A stretch of 64,000 nucleotides of DNA from positions 9,245 to 73,244 of the forward strand of contig MPNN01000010.1 in the NCBI GenBank assembly GCA_002239045.1. The letters are read 5' to 3'. Below the pieces are notes generated by a model. The model worked only from the letters and a program-made list of their open reading frames with translations. It was not told the DNA's origin and made no database searches. Of this stretch, positions 45,146 to 54,026 are shown in pieces. Each line of letters opens with the position of its first letter. Positions within the stretch are counted from its first letter, which is position 1. Origin of the DNA: SAR202 cluster bacterium bin127. GTDB lineage: Bacteria; Chloroflexota; Dehalococcoidia; Lucifugimonadales; Lucifugimonadaceae. Made by a program: the position numbers and the translations under genes.

Positions 45146-46963
45146 TCATTCAACGATCGGTTGGCAGCGATAGCAGAAGGTGAAAGCTGCGGTGCGGTTC
45201 AATAGCGTCGCGAATTCGAGGGTCGTGCTGTCGCTTCCGAGTTCGATCGCCATCTGACGGACTTCGTCGTATGTCTTGACCGACAGCCCATGATTATTGC
45301 CGGCGACCACTAGCGTTCCAGTTGAGATTTCGGACGCATCAGGGATGTCGTCCGTTCTTTCCGTAGCAAAGTTGCGGTCAGGGTACAGCCAGATTTCGTC
45401 ACCAAATCCGCAGTCGGAATTCCCAATCACTATCAGTTGATCGAATTCATAGGGCTGTTCGGCGACAGAACGACATACGGTGTAGTTGTTGTTTGTGTAC
45501 TCGATTAACGATTTTTCATCAATCGACAGGCGAGCCGAGCCGACGAAGTTGACGCTCACAATCGCGATAGTGAGGACCGCGATTCCGATCGTCACGACGC
45601 GTGCGTCAACCAATCGCTGGCTCTTCACAAAAGGAATCGCCTGATTCAGGGCCAATCCAGACAAAAGCGCAAGTATCGGCACCAGCGGCGTAAGTCGCGC
45701 TTCATAGTACGTGAGCGATGTCATGGAAATCAGCAACAGGAACGCTGGCACGCTGATCGCGAGAATGAATGGCAATAGCTGCTTCGGGTTGTTTAAGGCA
45801 CTCAGCACGGCGGCGATGAAGATCAATCCTACGATGAGTGGTACGACTGATCCATCCGCAGTTCTGAAGTAGGGAGATGACATTTCCGATTTGATCCCGA
45901 AAATCGTGCTTATGTAACTCGTAAAGTGAGTCTGCATTTTTCCGACGTCACCGATGATTCCGGTTTCGGGACTGGTTTCGTAGACGTTGTGCCTCAAGAA
46001 CGAATCACCAACGTGGGTGATCTCAGGTTCGAAGATGAATTGTGCGACGAGTGGCGCAGCGACTACAGACATCGCGACGACAAACCAAAGGCTTTTTACG
46101 AGGGCGGAGCGGCGTACTGCGAAGCGACGACCGATGCTCGCCGAAATGAGCCAGTAAATCGGTGGAACCGACAAGAAAAACACGAATGGGGTGTACTCGT
46201 ACATCAACATACCGGCAGCGATGCCGCCTAAACCGGCCCAGAAATACTGGTTACGCCTAGAAGTTTCGGTCAATACGATCAGCAAGATCAACAGCATCAA
46301 CAGGATGCAGGGGCCGAAGGATTCTTCTGCGAGTCCTCCGATGATGACGGCCCAGCGAAGGCTCGCGAAAACGAATACTGCGACGAGTGTTGCGTCCCAA
46401 TCAACTTTCAATCGACGCAGGCATATGGCCAAAAGCACGATAGAGGCCGCGCCGGCAATCTGATATCCAAGCCGCAGATCCTCCAATTCGTGTCCTGAAA
46501 ATGTGAAGCCGATGGTCGACAACACGTTTGAAAACAGGAAATGAAATGACAGAGCGGCTTCGTTGTAAACGATGTCGTGAGCAATCTTCCCTTGTTGCAT
46601 CTCCTCGAATCCTGGGAAATCGGGAGGGACGATCTGCAGCATGGCGAAACGCAGTCCGACGGCCGCCGCGACAAAGATCCAATTTCCGTCGATATTCCTG
46701 ATTTGGTTGGGAATCTGCTGGACGGCGGGCCGCAATGTCGAACGGTTTATCCAGGCAATCGCCGCGACCAACAGTACGAGGACGAACCCGATGCCGGTGT
46801 ATTGGGGGCGTTCGTAGATTCCTTCCAACGACTGACCAATGAAGACGCCGAAAACCAGAGGAATGAAAATCCAACAGGTCCCAGATGCCAATGCCGGGTA
46901 CCAGTAAACTACGGACTTGAACGTCTTGACAAGCGAGAGCGTATTGGTGACTTGGCGTCCCAT
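45146..46963 (-). CDS. Polytopic membrane protein, GT-C-fold glycosyltransferase-like (ArnT/PMT-type), putative
   Basis: More than 10 TM helices, an acidic first loop (DFPGFEEMQQGKIAHD), and a C-terminal soluble domain. Assignment rests on architecture only. Confidence 0.5.
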   Translation of the reverse strand: MGRQVTNTLSLVKTFKSVVYWYPALASGTCWIFIPLVFGVFIGQSLEGIYERPQYTGIGFVLVLLVAAIAWINRSTLRPAVQQIPNQIRNIDGNWIFVAAAVGLRFAMLQIVPPDFPGFEEMQQGKIAHDIVYNEAALSFHFLFSNVLSTIGFTFSGHELEDLRLGYQIAGAASIVLLAICLRRLKVDWDATLVAVFVFASLRWAVIIGGLAEESFGPCILLMLLILLIVLTETSRRNQYFWAGLGGIAAGMLMYEYTPFVFFLSVPPIYWLISASIGRRFAVRRSALVKSLWFVVAMSVVAAPLVAQFIFEPEITHVGDSFLRHNVYETSPETGIIGDVGKMQTHFTSYISTIFGIKSEMSSPYFRTADGSVVPLIVGLIFIAAVLSALNNPKQLLPFILAISVPAFLLLISMTSLTYYEARLTPLVPILALLSGLALNQAIPFVKSQRLVDARVVTIGIAVLTIAIVSVNFVGSARLSIDEKSLIEYTNNNYTVCRSVAEQPYEFDQLIVIGNSDCGFGDEIWLYPDRNFATERTDDIPDASEISTGTLVVAGNNHGLSVKTYDEVRQMAIELGSDSTTLEFATLLNRTAAFTFCYRCQPIVE

Positions 46964-47122
46964 GCGAAAGCGACCCTAGCGCTTGGCGGTCGGGAAGGAG
47001 CGCGAGTGCTGTCTACGGATTTTGTGACGCAATGCGAGTGATTATTTTACTTGAGGTCGCAACGGCAACCGCGACTGGTTCACCCGATACGCATTCATCG
47101 CCGTAACTTATGATTTTCGATC

Positions 47123-48274
47123 ATGGAAGCGCTTCAAATCCTCGAAAGGCTCTGCCAGCAACCCGCAGTCCCGTTTCACGAGTGGCGAGTTGCCCGTGAA
47201 ATCTCAACGATCCTCAATAGTCGCGGACTCAACGCGAAGCGAGACCGTTGGAGGAACGTAATCGCGGAGATCGACGGCGATGACACTATGGCGCCGCTGG
47301 TGTTCGTGGCGCACATGGACCACCCGGGCTTCGAAGCGATCGAGGCCGTGGAGGTGAATGAGGATGAGGAACTGATCGTCGCCGAGCCACGCGGCGGGTT
47401 GGGGAAGCGAGCTTTCGATGTCGGGACGGCCGTGCGCATGATCGCACGCGACGGAACGGTGATTTACGGAACCATCGAATCGCACGGCCTTTTGCGCCAG
47501 GTCGGCAACGGCCGATTCGCGCGGACTGACCGGGTGATGATCAAACCCGAAACCGGTGCGATTGGGGGCAAAGCATCTGATGTTGCGTACCCAGCACCTG
47601 CGGTCTTGGATCTGCCGAGTTTCGGTGTCGAAGGCGAATTGATCAAAGGAAGACAGTTGGACGACCTCGCGGGTTGTGCTGCGATCTTGGCATCGTTGGG
47701 CACTGTCAAAAACGATGGTTCGAACAGCCGACCCATTGTTGGACTATTTACCCGAGCCGAAGAAGTGGGCCTAGTGGGTGCGGCGCTCGCGGCGACGGAC
47801 GAATTTGTTCGCAAGGACGCCATCGTCGTTTCCGTCGAGACTAGTTTGAAGAGTGAGAACGCCAAGCAGGGCGATGGTGTGGTTATCCGTGTGGGTGATC
47901 GGATGACAACTTTCGACCATGACGCCGAGGCGGTATTACATGCCGCGACGAATCGTGTCGTGGAGCATAGGAGCGCGGATGGTTTCAGGGTCCAACGCGC
48001 GCTGATGGGTGCGGGTGGTTGTGAGGCAAGCGCATTCAAGGCGCATGGTTATCGAGTCACGGGAACGTCGTTTCCACTCGGTGCATGGCACAACACCGAA
48101 GATGACGGCTCGATCGTTTCGGAATACATCCATGTCGATGATTTCAATTCGGGGGTTGCACTGATCACGGAGGCAATGCGCGACGATGACGAACCACTAC
48201 ACAACGACCCGTTGCGATACCTTTCTTCGTTTCCTGAGACTGGTGCTATGCGCTTGAGGGAGACACAGATTTAA
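47123..48274 (+). CDS. M42-family (FrvX/YsdC-like) metallopeptidase/hydrolase
   Basis: VFVAHMDHPGF, DDLAGCAAIL and FTRAEEVGLVGA fit the M42 metal-ligand blocks. Confidence 0.7.
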   Translation: MEALQILERLCQQPAVPFHEWRVAREISTILNSRGLNAKRDRWRNVIAEIDGDDTMAPLVFVAHMDHPGFEAIEAVEVNEDEELIVAEPRGGLGKRAFDVGTAVRMIARDGTVIYGTIESHGLLRQVGNGRFARTDRVMIKPETGAIGGKASDVAYPAPAVLDLPSFGVEGELIKGRQLDDLAGCAAILASLGTVKNDGSNSRPIVGLFTRAEEVGLVGAALAATDEFVRKDAIVVSVETSLKSENAKQGDGVVIRVGDRMTTFDHDAEAVLHAATNRVVEHRSADGFRVQRALMGAGGCEASAFKAHGYRVTGTSFPLGAWHNTEDDGSIVSEYIHVDDFNSGVALITEAMRDDDEPLHNDPLRYLSSFPETGAMRLRETQI

Positions 48275-48368
48275 AGCTCGATACCTAGTCACTTTGCGGT
48301 CGTCGGTTGTTCGTATTCAAGACACACGGCGGCTTTCGGCTCTGGAACAGCGATGTACCCTTTAATCC

Positions 48369-50003
48369 ATGCCCAAAGTTGATGGAAGCTATCTGATAGC
48401 CCGAACCCTGAAGGAGGAGGGCACCGACTGCCTTTTTTACCTGATGGGCGGTCCAAACTACGAAATAGTCAATAATTCGGAAGATTTCGGTATTCGTACG
48501 GTAGATTTCCGTCACGAACAGGCGGCTGCAATGGCGGCACATGCCTATGGACGCGTGAAGCGTGTGCCAGGTGTGACTACGTCGGCTTCCGGCCCCGGTA
48601 CTCTCAACCTGTTGACGGGCATTTACAACGCGTTTGTGGATGCGGCTCCGATGGTCACTCTAGGAGGAGCAGGACCTTTGCGGGACGTTTACCGCGACGG
48701 GTTCCAAGAGGTCGATTTACCTAACATCTTTGCACCGGTGTCGAAGTCCGTGATCAGACCCGCGTACACCAATCGTTTGCCAGAACACATTTCATCGGCA
48801 TTCAGAACCGCGACGAGTGATCGTCCGGGACCAGTCTACGTTGAGTGCAATGAAGACATTCTCTATGGCGAGGTCGACGAAGGTGCGGTCGAATCGCCGC
48901 CGCGCGCCGCGCGAGTCTCGCCACCCAGCGCGAATCCCGACCAGATCGTTGAAGCTGTCAAGATACTTTCGGAGGCCGAACGCCCCATCTTGCTCACCGG
49001 AAGTGGCCCATGGTGGTCAGGTGCTTCGGATGAACTCCAAGAATTCGTTGATCGCACCAGGATCCCGTTCTACACGACGCCAATCGCCCGTGGTCTGATC
49101 CCGGAAGACCATCCAGTATCGTTTCCGGCGGCTCGTTCGACCGCATTTAGAGAGACGGATGCGGTATTGGTCATCGGGACGCGCTTCAACTGGATCATGA
49201 CATTTGGTAGAAGGATTTCTCAGGGTGCCAAAATCATCCAGATAGATGTTCATGCGGCTGAAATCGGCCATAACCGTTCGGTTGATATCGGCATCGTCGC
49301 CGATGCCAAGTCCGCGATGCGAGATATGGTATCCGAGGTTGCACGAACCGGAATGAGGTCAAAGGCCGATTCTGCTTGGGTCGATTATTTGCGGGACATT
49401 GAGATGAACAGGCGCCAACGTTCGGAACCATTGGAAAACTCTGAACAGGTTCCGATTCATCCGTTGAGATTGTGCAAGGAATTGCGTGAGGTGATGGATC
49501 GCGATGCGATCTTATCGGTTGATGGCAATGAGATCTTGCACTACGGCCGGCAATCAATCCCGACGTTTGAGCCCGGCCATAGACTGAACTCGGGCGCCAC
49601 GGGGTGCATGGGCGTAGGATTGCCGTTCGCGATCGGCGCGAAATTGGCGAAACCAGACAAACAATCAGTAGCCCTTCACGGCGACGGATCGCTGGGAATG
49701 AACATTCAGGACTTCGACACCGCGGTTCGACACAACTTGCCTATCGTCGTTGTGGTTTCCAACAACGAAGGCTGGACCGCCCGAGTCGAAGGTGTCCGAA
49801 AACCTGGTAGGGAACTCGGTTGGACTCGCTTCGACGCGATTGCTGAGGCGATGGGCGGATATGGCGAGGAAGTGACTGAGCCGGCCGGCATTGGGCCAGC
49901 TTTCGAAAGAGCATTCGACGCAGGAGTTCCGGCCATCGTGAATGTGCGTACAGACCCGACGGCTCGGGCATTGTCGCGTTTCGTTGGATCAAAGATGGAG
50001 TAG
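48369..50003 (+). CDS. Thiamine-pyrophosphate-dependent enzyme (acetolactate synthase large-subunit-like)
   Basis: N-terminal pyrimidine-binding GGPNYEI...HEQAAAMAAHAY, and the C-terminal TPP motif GDGSLGMNIQDFDTAVRHNLPIVVVVSNN. Confidence 0.85.
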   Translation: MPKVDGSYLIARTLKEEGTDCLFYLMGGPNYEIVNNSEDFGIRTVDFRHEQAAAMAAHAYGRVKRVPGVTTSASGPGTLNLLTGIYNAFVDAAPMVTLGGAGPLRDVYRDGFQEVDLPNIFAPVSKSVIRPAYTNRLPEHISSAFRTATSDRPGPVYVECNEDILYGEVDEGAVESPPRAARVSPPSANPDQIVEAVKILSEAERPILLTGSGPWWSGASDELQEFVDRTRIPFYTTPIARGLIPEDHPVSFPAARSTAFRETDAVLVIGTRFNWIMTFGRRISQGAKIIQIDVHAAEIGHNRSVDIGIVADAKSAMRDMVSEVARTGMRSKADSAWVDYLRDIEMNRRQRSEPLENSEQVPIHPLRLCKELREVMDRDAILSVDGNEILHYGRQSIPTFEPGHRLNSGATGCMGVGLPFAIGAKLAKPDKQSVALHGDGSLGMNIQDFDTAVRHNLPIVVVVSNNEGWTARVEGVRKPGRELGWTRFDAIAEAMGGYGEEVTEPAGIGPAFERAFDAGVPAIVNVRTDPTARALSRFVGSKME

Positions 50004-50025
50004 TTGCAGAAGGAAGCAGACCGAT

Positions 50026-50346
50026 ATGGATGCCGATCAGACTAAGAAAGTCAACACGTACATCATGTTCTCCAAGTTAACCGAACGGGGGCGGGACCGC
50101 GTACGGACCCATCCCGAGCGGATTTTGGAAGTGAATCATGAAGTGGAGATGCGTGGGTGCAACGTCGTCGCCCAGTACGCGATGATGGGTGACCACGATT
50201 TCGTAACGATCATCGAGGCGCCCGACAACGGCGAAATGTCTCGCATAGCAATCGAACTTGGGGCACGCGGGACGATCGATACGACGACTTATGCTGCGAT
50301 CCCGATTGAAAAATTCATCGAGATCATGCAGATGAGCGACAGCTAA
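50026..50346 (+). CDS. GYD domain protein
   Basis: YIMFSKLTERG...MGDHDFVTIIEAPD is typical of the GYD family. ATG at 50026. Confidence 0.7.
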   Translation: MDADQTKKVNTYIMFSKLTERGRDRVRTHPERILEVNHEVEMRGCNVVAQYAMMGDHDFVTIIEAPDNGEMSRIAIELGARGTIDTTTYAAIPIEKFIEIMQMSDS

Positions 50347-50393
50347 CGGGATAACCGCATCTGCATCGCGGTCTGGCTTGACATTGGAGTTGA

Positions 50394-52454
50394 ATGAACG
50401 GTCTGCAGACAGCGAGCAATCTGGTAAGCAATTCTGCTTTCGAGGCGATTTATAACAAGGGTCGCGATTGGCAACTGCTGCTGATCGGGATCGGCGTCGT
50501 GTTTTTCTCGCAGTTCGTTTTGATTGCGGGTGGTGAGTCGACAGACGGGACGATTCCGAACTCTGGTCGATTTGGGTTAATTTTGGGTTTTCTGATGGTG
50601 GCGATTGCTGCTTATTTTTTCGATGCCCGATTGCGCCACGCCCCTTGGAGTGTGTCGTTTCCGCGAACCCTTAGATTCAACATCGAAGGTAACCGAAAAT
50701 TCATCTTAGGCGTCGGAGTTTTCGCTTTCGCTTTTTTGATCCTGAGGTTGATGGGCGGGTCGACGTCAGGAGACGATCTTTGGATTTGGATCGTCGGATT
50801 GTTGGGGTGTGCTTGTCCGTTCGCACCTTCGGTGACGCGTATTATGGTCGGGCTGAGAGTAGCTTGGCGATCGATCAGATGGTTCGACGTAGTGATCGTA
50901 GGGGTTTTGACTGTTATTTTTCTTGCGGTCAACGCGACCGATTTGGACGATTGGTACTACGCATCGATCGGAGACGAGTACAACTTTTACGAACTCGCCG
51001 TTCACTTTTCACAAAACGGTATCGACGATCCCTTCAGCCAGCGTGGAGTTTACGATTTTCATCCGCGACTCGGAATGGTGCTGAAAAGCGTTCCGATGGA
51101 CGTGTTCGGCCCGGGACATTTTGGTTGGAAATTCGGTTCGATGTTGATCATGTGTTTGGTCGTCTTGGGTGTATATGTCGTTGGTACTTTATGCGGTGGC
51201 CGGATCGCCGGAGCTGTTGCATCGACCATCATCGCCTTCAGTCACTATCTGGGGCAACTTGCTCACGTCGGATACGATCACACCGACTCGCTTTTGCCAG
51301 TGATTTTGGCTGTTGGCGTTTTTTTCGTGGCGACGCGAACAAAAAGTCCGTTGATGTTTTACGTCGCGGGAGCGTTAGTGGGGATGTGCTTTTACACCAA
51401 CGTCGCAGCCCGCGTAGTTCTGCCTACCATCGCCGTGTTTGCCGTATTGCAGCAACTTGCCGTTCCAAACCGCCAGGTTGTGAAATGGCTTGTCCCACTC
51501 GTTGTCGGAATCGGTTTGGCTGTATTGCCGATGTTGTTAGTCGATGGCAACGAGGTGATCACCAGGATGTTTGGGCGTGTGCTCGGTGGTCAAGGTGAGA
51601 TTTCGGACCTATCGCTCTACGAACGAATCGCGTCGAACATCAACTTCAATTTGTTCGCGTTTAACTTCAACGAGCACAGCTCGCACTATGTCTCTGGTTC
51701 GCTGCTCGACCCGATTTCGGGAACACTGGCGGTTGTTGCAACAGGGTTCGGCTTGGGCCGTTTCAGAGATCCAACGTCGTCGTTCCTGACCATTTGGCTG
51801 GCTTTGGTTTTTGCGGGAGCTGGAGGTTTGAGTCCTTACGATTGGCACACCGCGATCACTCGTCTATTTCCGATGATGTTGCCATTGACATTGCTCGCAG
51901 GTCTATTCATGTCCAAATTCATCTGGCCTATCCAAATGAACATCTTTTGGGGCGACAACAATAGGATTTTCAATCCGAAAGTAATCACCATCGTGACCTT
52001 GACCGTTGTCGGTGCGGTCACGTTGGTGCAGAACTATCAAAGAGCTGAGTACGAGACGCCAATGGTCTTTCACCAATCTCCGGTGGCGGTGACGATCGGA
52101 GCAATGCAGTCAGAGATCTGCGGATACCTCGAGCATGACCGCATCGCGATTGTGTCAAGGGATCAACACGTTGTGCGACGGATACTGAATGCGTATGATC
52201 CGGGCAGTGTGTCACTGTATCCGAATGAAGCCGGGGAAGTGCCCGGCACACCATTGTTGCTAGATCATCAACAAGCCGTCGCCAGAGGATTTCCGGATGC
52301 CGGAGATTTTGATTGCATCATTTTTTCTCATCCGTGGGAGGACGAACCGCGACAACTGTTGAACGCCATCCAATCGGCAAATCCGCGGGCGGTCACCATA
52401 CCCTTCTCGGATCAATCCGGACTGACGACCATCAACATTCTCAGAGTCCCTTAA
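50394..52454 (+). CDS. Polytopic membrane protein, GT-C-fold glycosyltransferase-like (ArnT/PMT_2-type), putative
   Basis: More than 12 TM helices, first-loop acidic motif DLDDWYYASIGDEYNFYE, and a C-terminal soluble domain. Confidence 0.55.
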   Translation: MNGLQTASNLVSNSAFEAIYNKGRDWQLLLIGIGVVFFSQFVLIAGGESTDGTIPNSGRFGLILGFLMVAIAAYFFDARLRHAPWSVSFPRTLRFNIEGNRKFILGVGVFAFAFLILRLMGGSTSGDDLWIWIVGLLGCACPFAPSVTRIMVGLRVAWRSIRWFDVVIVGVLTVIFLAVNATDLDDWYYASIGDEYNFYELAVHFSQNGIDDPFSQRGVYDFHPRLGMVLKSVPMDVFGPGHFGWKFGSMLIMCLVVLGVYVVGTLCGGRIAGAVASTIIAFSHYLGQLAHVGYDHTDSLLPVILAVGVFFVATRTKSPLMFYVAGALVGMCFYTNVAARVVLPTIAVFAVLQQLAVPNRQVVKWLVPLVVGIGLAVLPMLLVDGNEVITRMFGRVLGGQGEISDLSLYERIASNINFNLFAFNFNEHSSHYVSGSLLDPISGTLAVVATGFGLGRFRDPTSSFLTIWLALVFAGAGGLSPYDWHTAITRLFPMMLPLTLLAGLFMSKFIWPIQMNIFWGDNNRIFNPKVITIVTLTVVGAVTLVQNYQRAEYETPMVFHQSPVAVTIGAMQSEICGYLEHDRIAIVSRDQHVVRRILNAYDPGSVSLYPNEAGEVPGTPLLLDHQQAVARGFPDAGDFDCIIFSHPWEDEPRQLLNAIQSANPRAVTIPFSDQSGLTTINILRVP

Positions 52455-52560
52455 TCCGGCGCTCCTAGTCAGTTTCGGCCGAGGCCGCATGAACCGTGGG
52501 TTGGGCGGTAACGTAGAATCTTGCACATCCAGAATTCTCTTTCGCATCCAAGCGCAAAAA

Positions 52561-53544
52561 ATGACACCGCAAGCCATCGAAAAACGCTCGATCATCATCA
52601 CGATCGTGGTTAGCGGTTCGTTCGGTCTGTTGGGTATCGCGATTTCGGTCGCCAGCAATTCTGGTGCTGTGTTCTTGGATGGGCTCTTTTCTCTCGTCTT
52701 TGCCGTGGTTGGGTTGCTTTCCCTATACGTGTCCCAATTGGTATCCCGACCGCGCGATGAGTCATACCCCTTCGGCTACGCGACATTCGAGCCGATGTTG
52801 AATCTGTTCAAGGGGTTGCTCATCGGTTTCGCGTTGATTTACGCCGTTTGGAGTGCAGTCACAACTATTTTGCAGGGCGGACAAGACATCGCCGCGGCGG
52901 GTGGCATCATATATGCGGCGATTGCCGTCAGCGGTGGCGTGGCCGTCGTAGTCGTGCTTAAACGTTACGCAAAACTGTCCGGTTCGCCCATCGTCGACGT
53001 GGACGCTAAGAACTGGACCGTCGACACGCTCATCAGCTCTGCAGTTGGCATCGCATTCGTGGCAACGTTGTTGATCCAGAACTCGGATTGGTCGAATTTC
53101 GCGCCCTATGCCGATCCCGTAATCATGCTTGCGATCGCGGCAATAGCGGCGCCGCAACCGTTCCAGACGATTCGAGACAATTTGAGGCAGATCGTAGGTA
53201 AAGCACCGCCAAAGGATGTTCAAGATCAAGTAGCCGATCTCGTTGAAGACGCAATCGCCGACGTTCCACATGTCGAGACCCATCTGCGCATTGTCGACGT
53301 CGGGCGATACATTCACTTGCAGGTTTACGTCATAATCTCGCCGGATACACGAGAGACGATCGACATCCGTCGGCACGATCAGATTAGGCGCAGCATTTAC
53401 AACAGTGTGTCGAAGGTTTATCAGCACCTGTCGTTAGACGTGGGCTTCACGATGGATCGACGCTGGGCACTGAGCAGCGTCCATGCAGAAGAACAAGACG
53501 TGGTCGTAGTACCGCCAGACAACCCGAAAGTTGACGCACAATAA
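52561..53544 (+). CDS. Cation diffusion facilitator (CDF) family transporter
   Basis: SNSGAVFLDGLFSL, ESYPFGYATFEP, and a C-terminal cytoplasmic domain. ATG at 52561. Confidence 0.85.
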   Translation: MTPQAIEKRSIIITIVVSGSFGLLGIAISVASNSGAVFLDGLFSLVFAVVGLLSLYVSQLVSRPRDESYPFGYATFEPMLNLFKGLLIGFALIYAVWSAVTTILQGGQDIAAAGGIIYAAIAVSGGVAVVVVLKRYAKLSGSPIVDVDAKNWTVDTLISSAVGIAFVATLLIQNSDWSNFAPYADPVIMLAIAAIAAPQPFQTIRDNLRQIVGKAPPKDVQDQVADLVEDAIADVPHVETHLRIVDVGRYIHLQVYVIISPDTRETIDIRRHDQIRRSIYNSVSKVYQHLSLDVGFTMDRRWALSSVHAEEQDVVVVPPDNPKVDAQ

Positions 53545-53567
53545 ACTCGGTCAAAATATCGATCTCG

Positions 53568-54026
53568 GTGCCATTCATCGTAGCGATCTTCATTGCCGCA
53601 GCCGCCTGTGGCACGGTTGGGAGCCTCGCTTCGCCAACGGCACCGGTGGACGTCGCAGAAGTTACACCGACTCCTTCGTTTACCGATATCGCAAAGACGA
53701 ACATCGTGGATCTGTTTAATCGTCAGACTATGGCGATCAGAGACGGTGATTGGGAAGCTGCATTCCATAACTGCAGTCCAAACTATCGATCTCGGCGTGA
53801 CGTCGAACGTTTCACCGAGGATGTCCGGGAATACTTGAGTCGGTTGGACACCACACCCGACATGTTGGACGCACGGAATCCGGTCGCCACCAAAGGACGA
53901 GACGATCGCTTCGACCTGAACTACGATCTGTATATCGACGACGAGTTTTCGGAGACCGTGCGCGCCGGTGGGGCGTACGTAATAGTCAGAAACGATTGGT
54001 ACGACGACGGCGTTTGGTGCCGTTAG
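53568..54026 (+). CDS. Hypothetical lipoprotein (NTF2/SnoaL-like appearance)
   Basis: GTG start, lipobox AAAACG. No firm family assignment. Confidence 0.45.
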   Translation: MPFIVAIFIAAAACGTVGSLASPTAPVDVAEVTPTPSFTDIAKTNIVDLFNRQTMAIRDGDWEAAFHNCSPNYRSRRDVERFTEDVREYLSRLDTTPDMLDARNPVATKGRDDRFDLNYDLYIDDEFSETVRAGGAYVIVRNDWYDDGVWCR

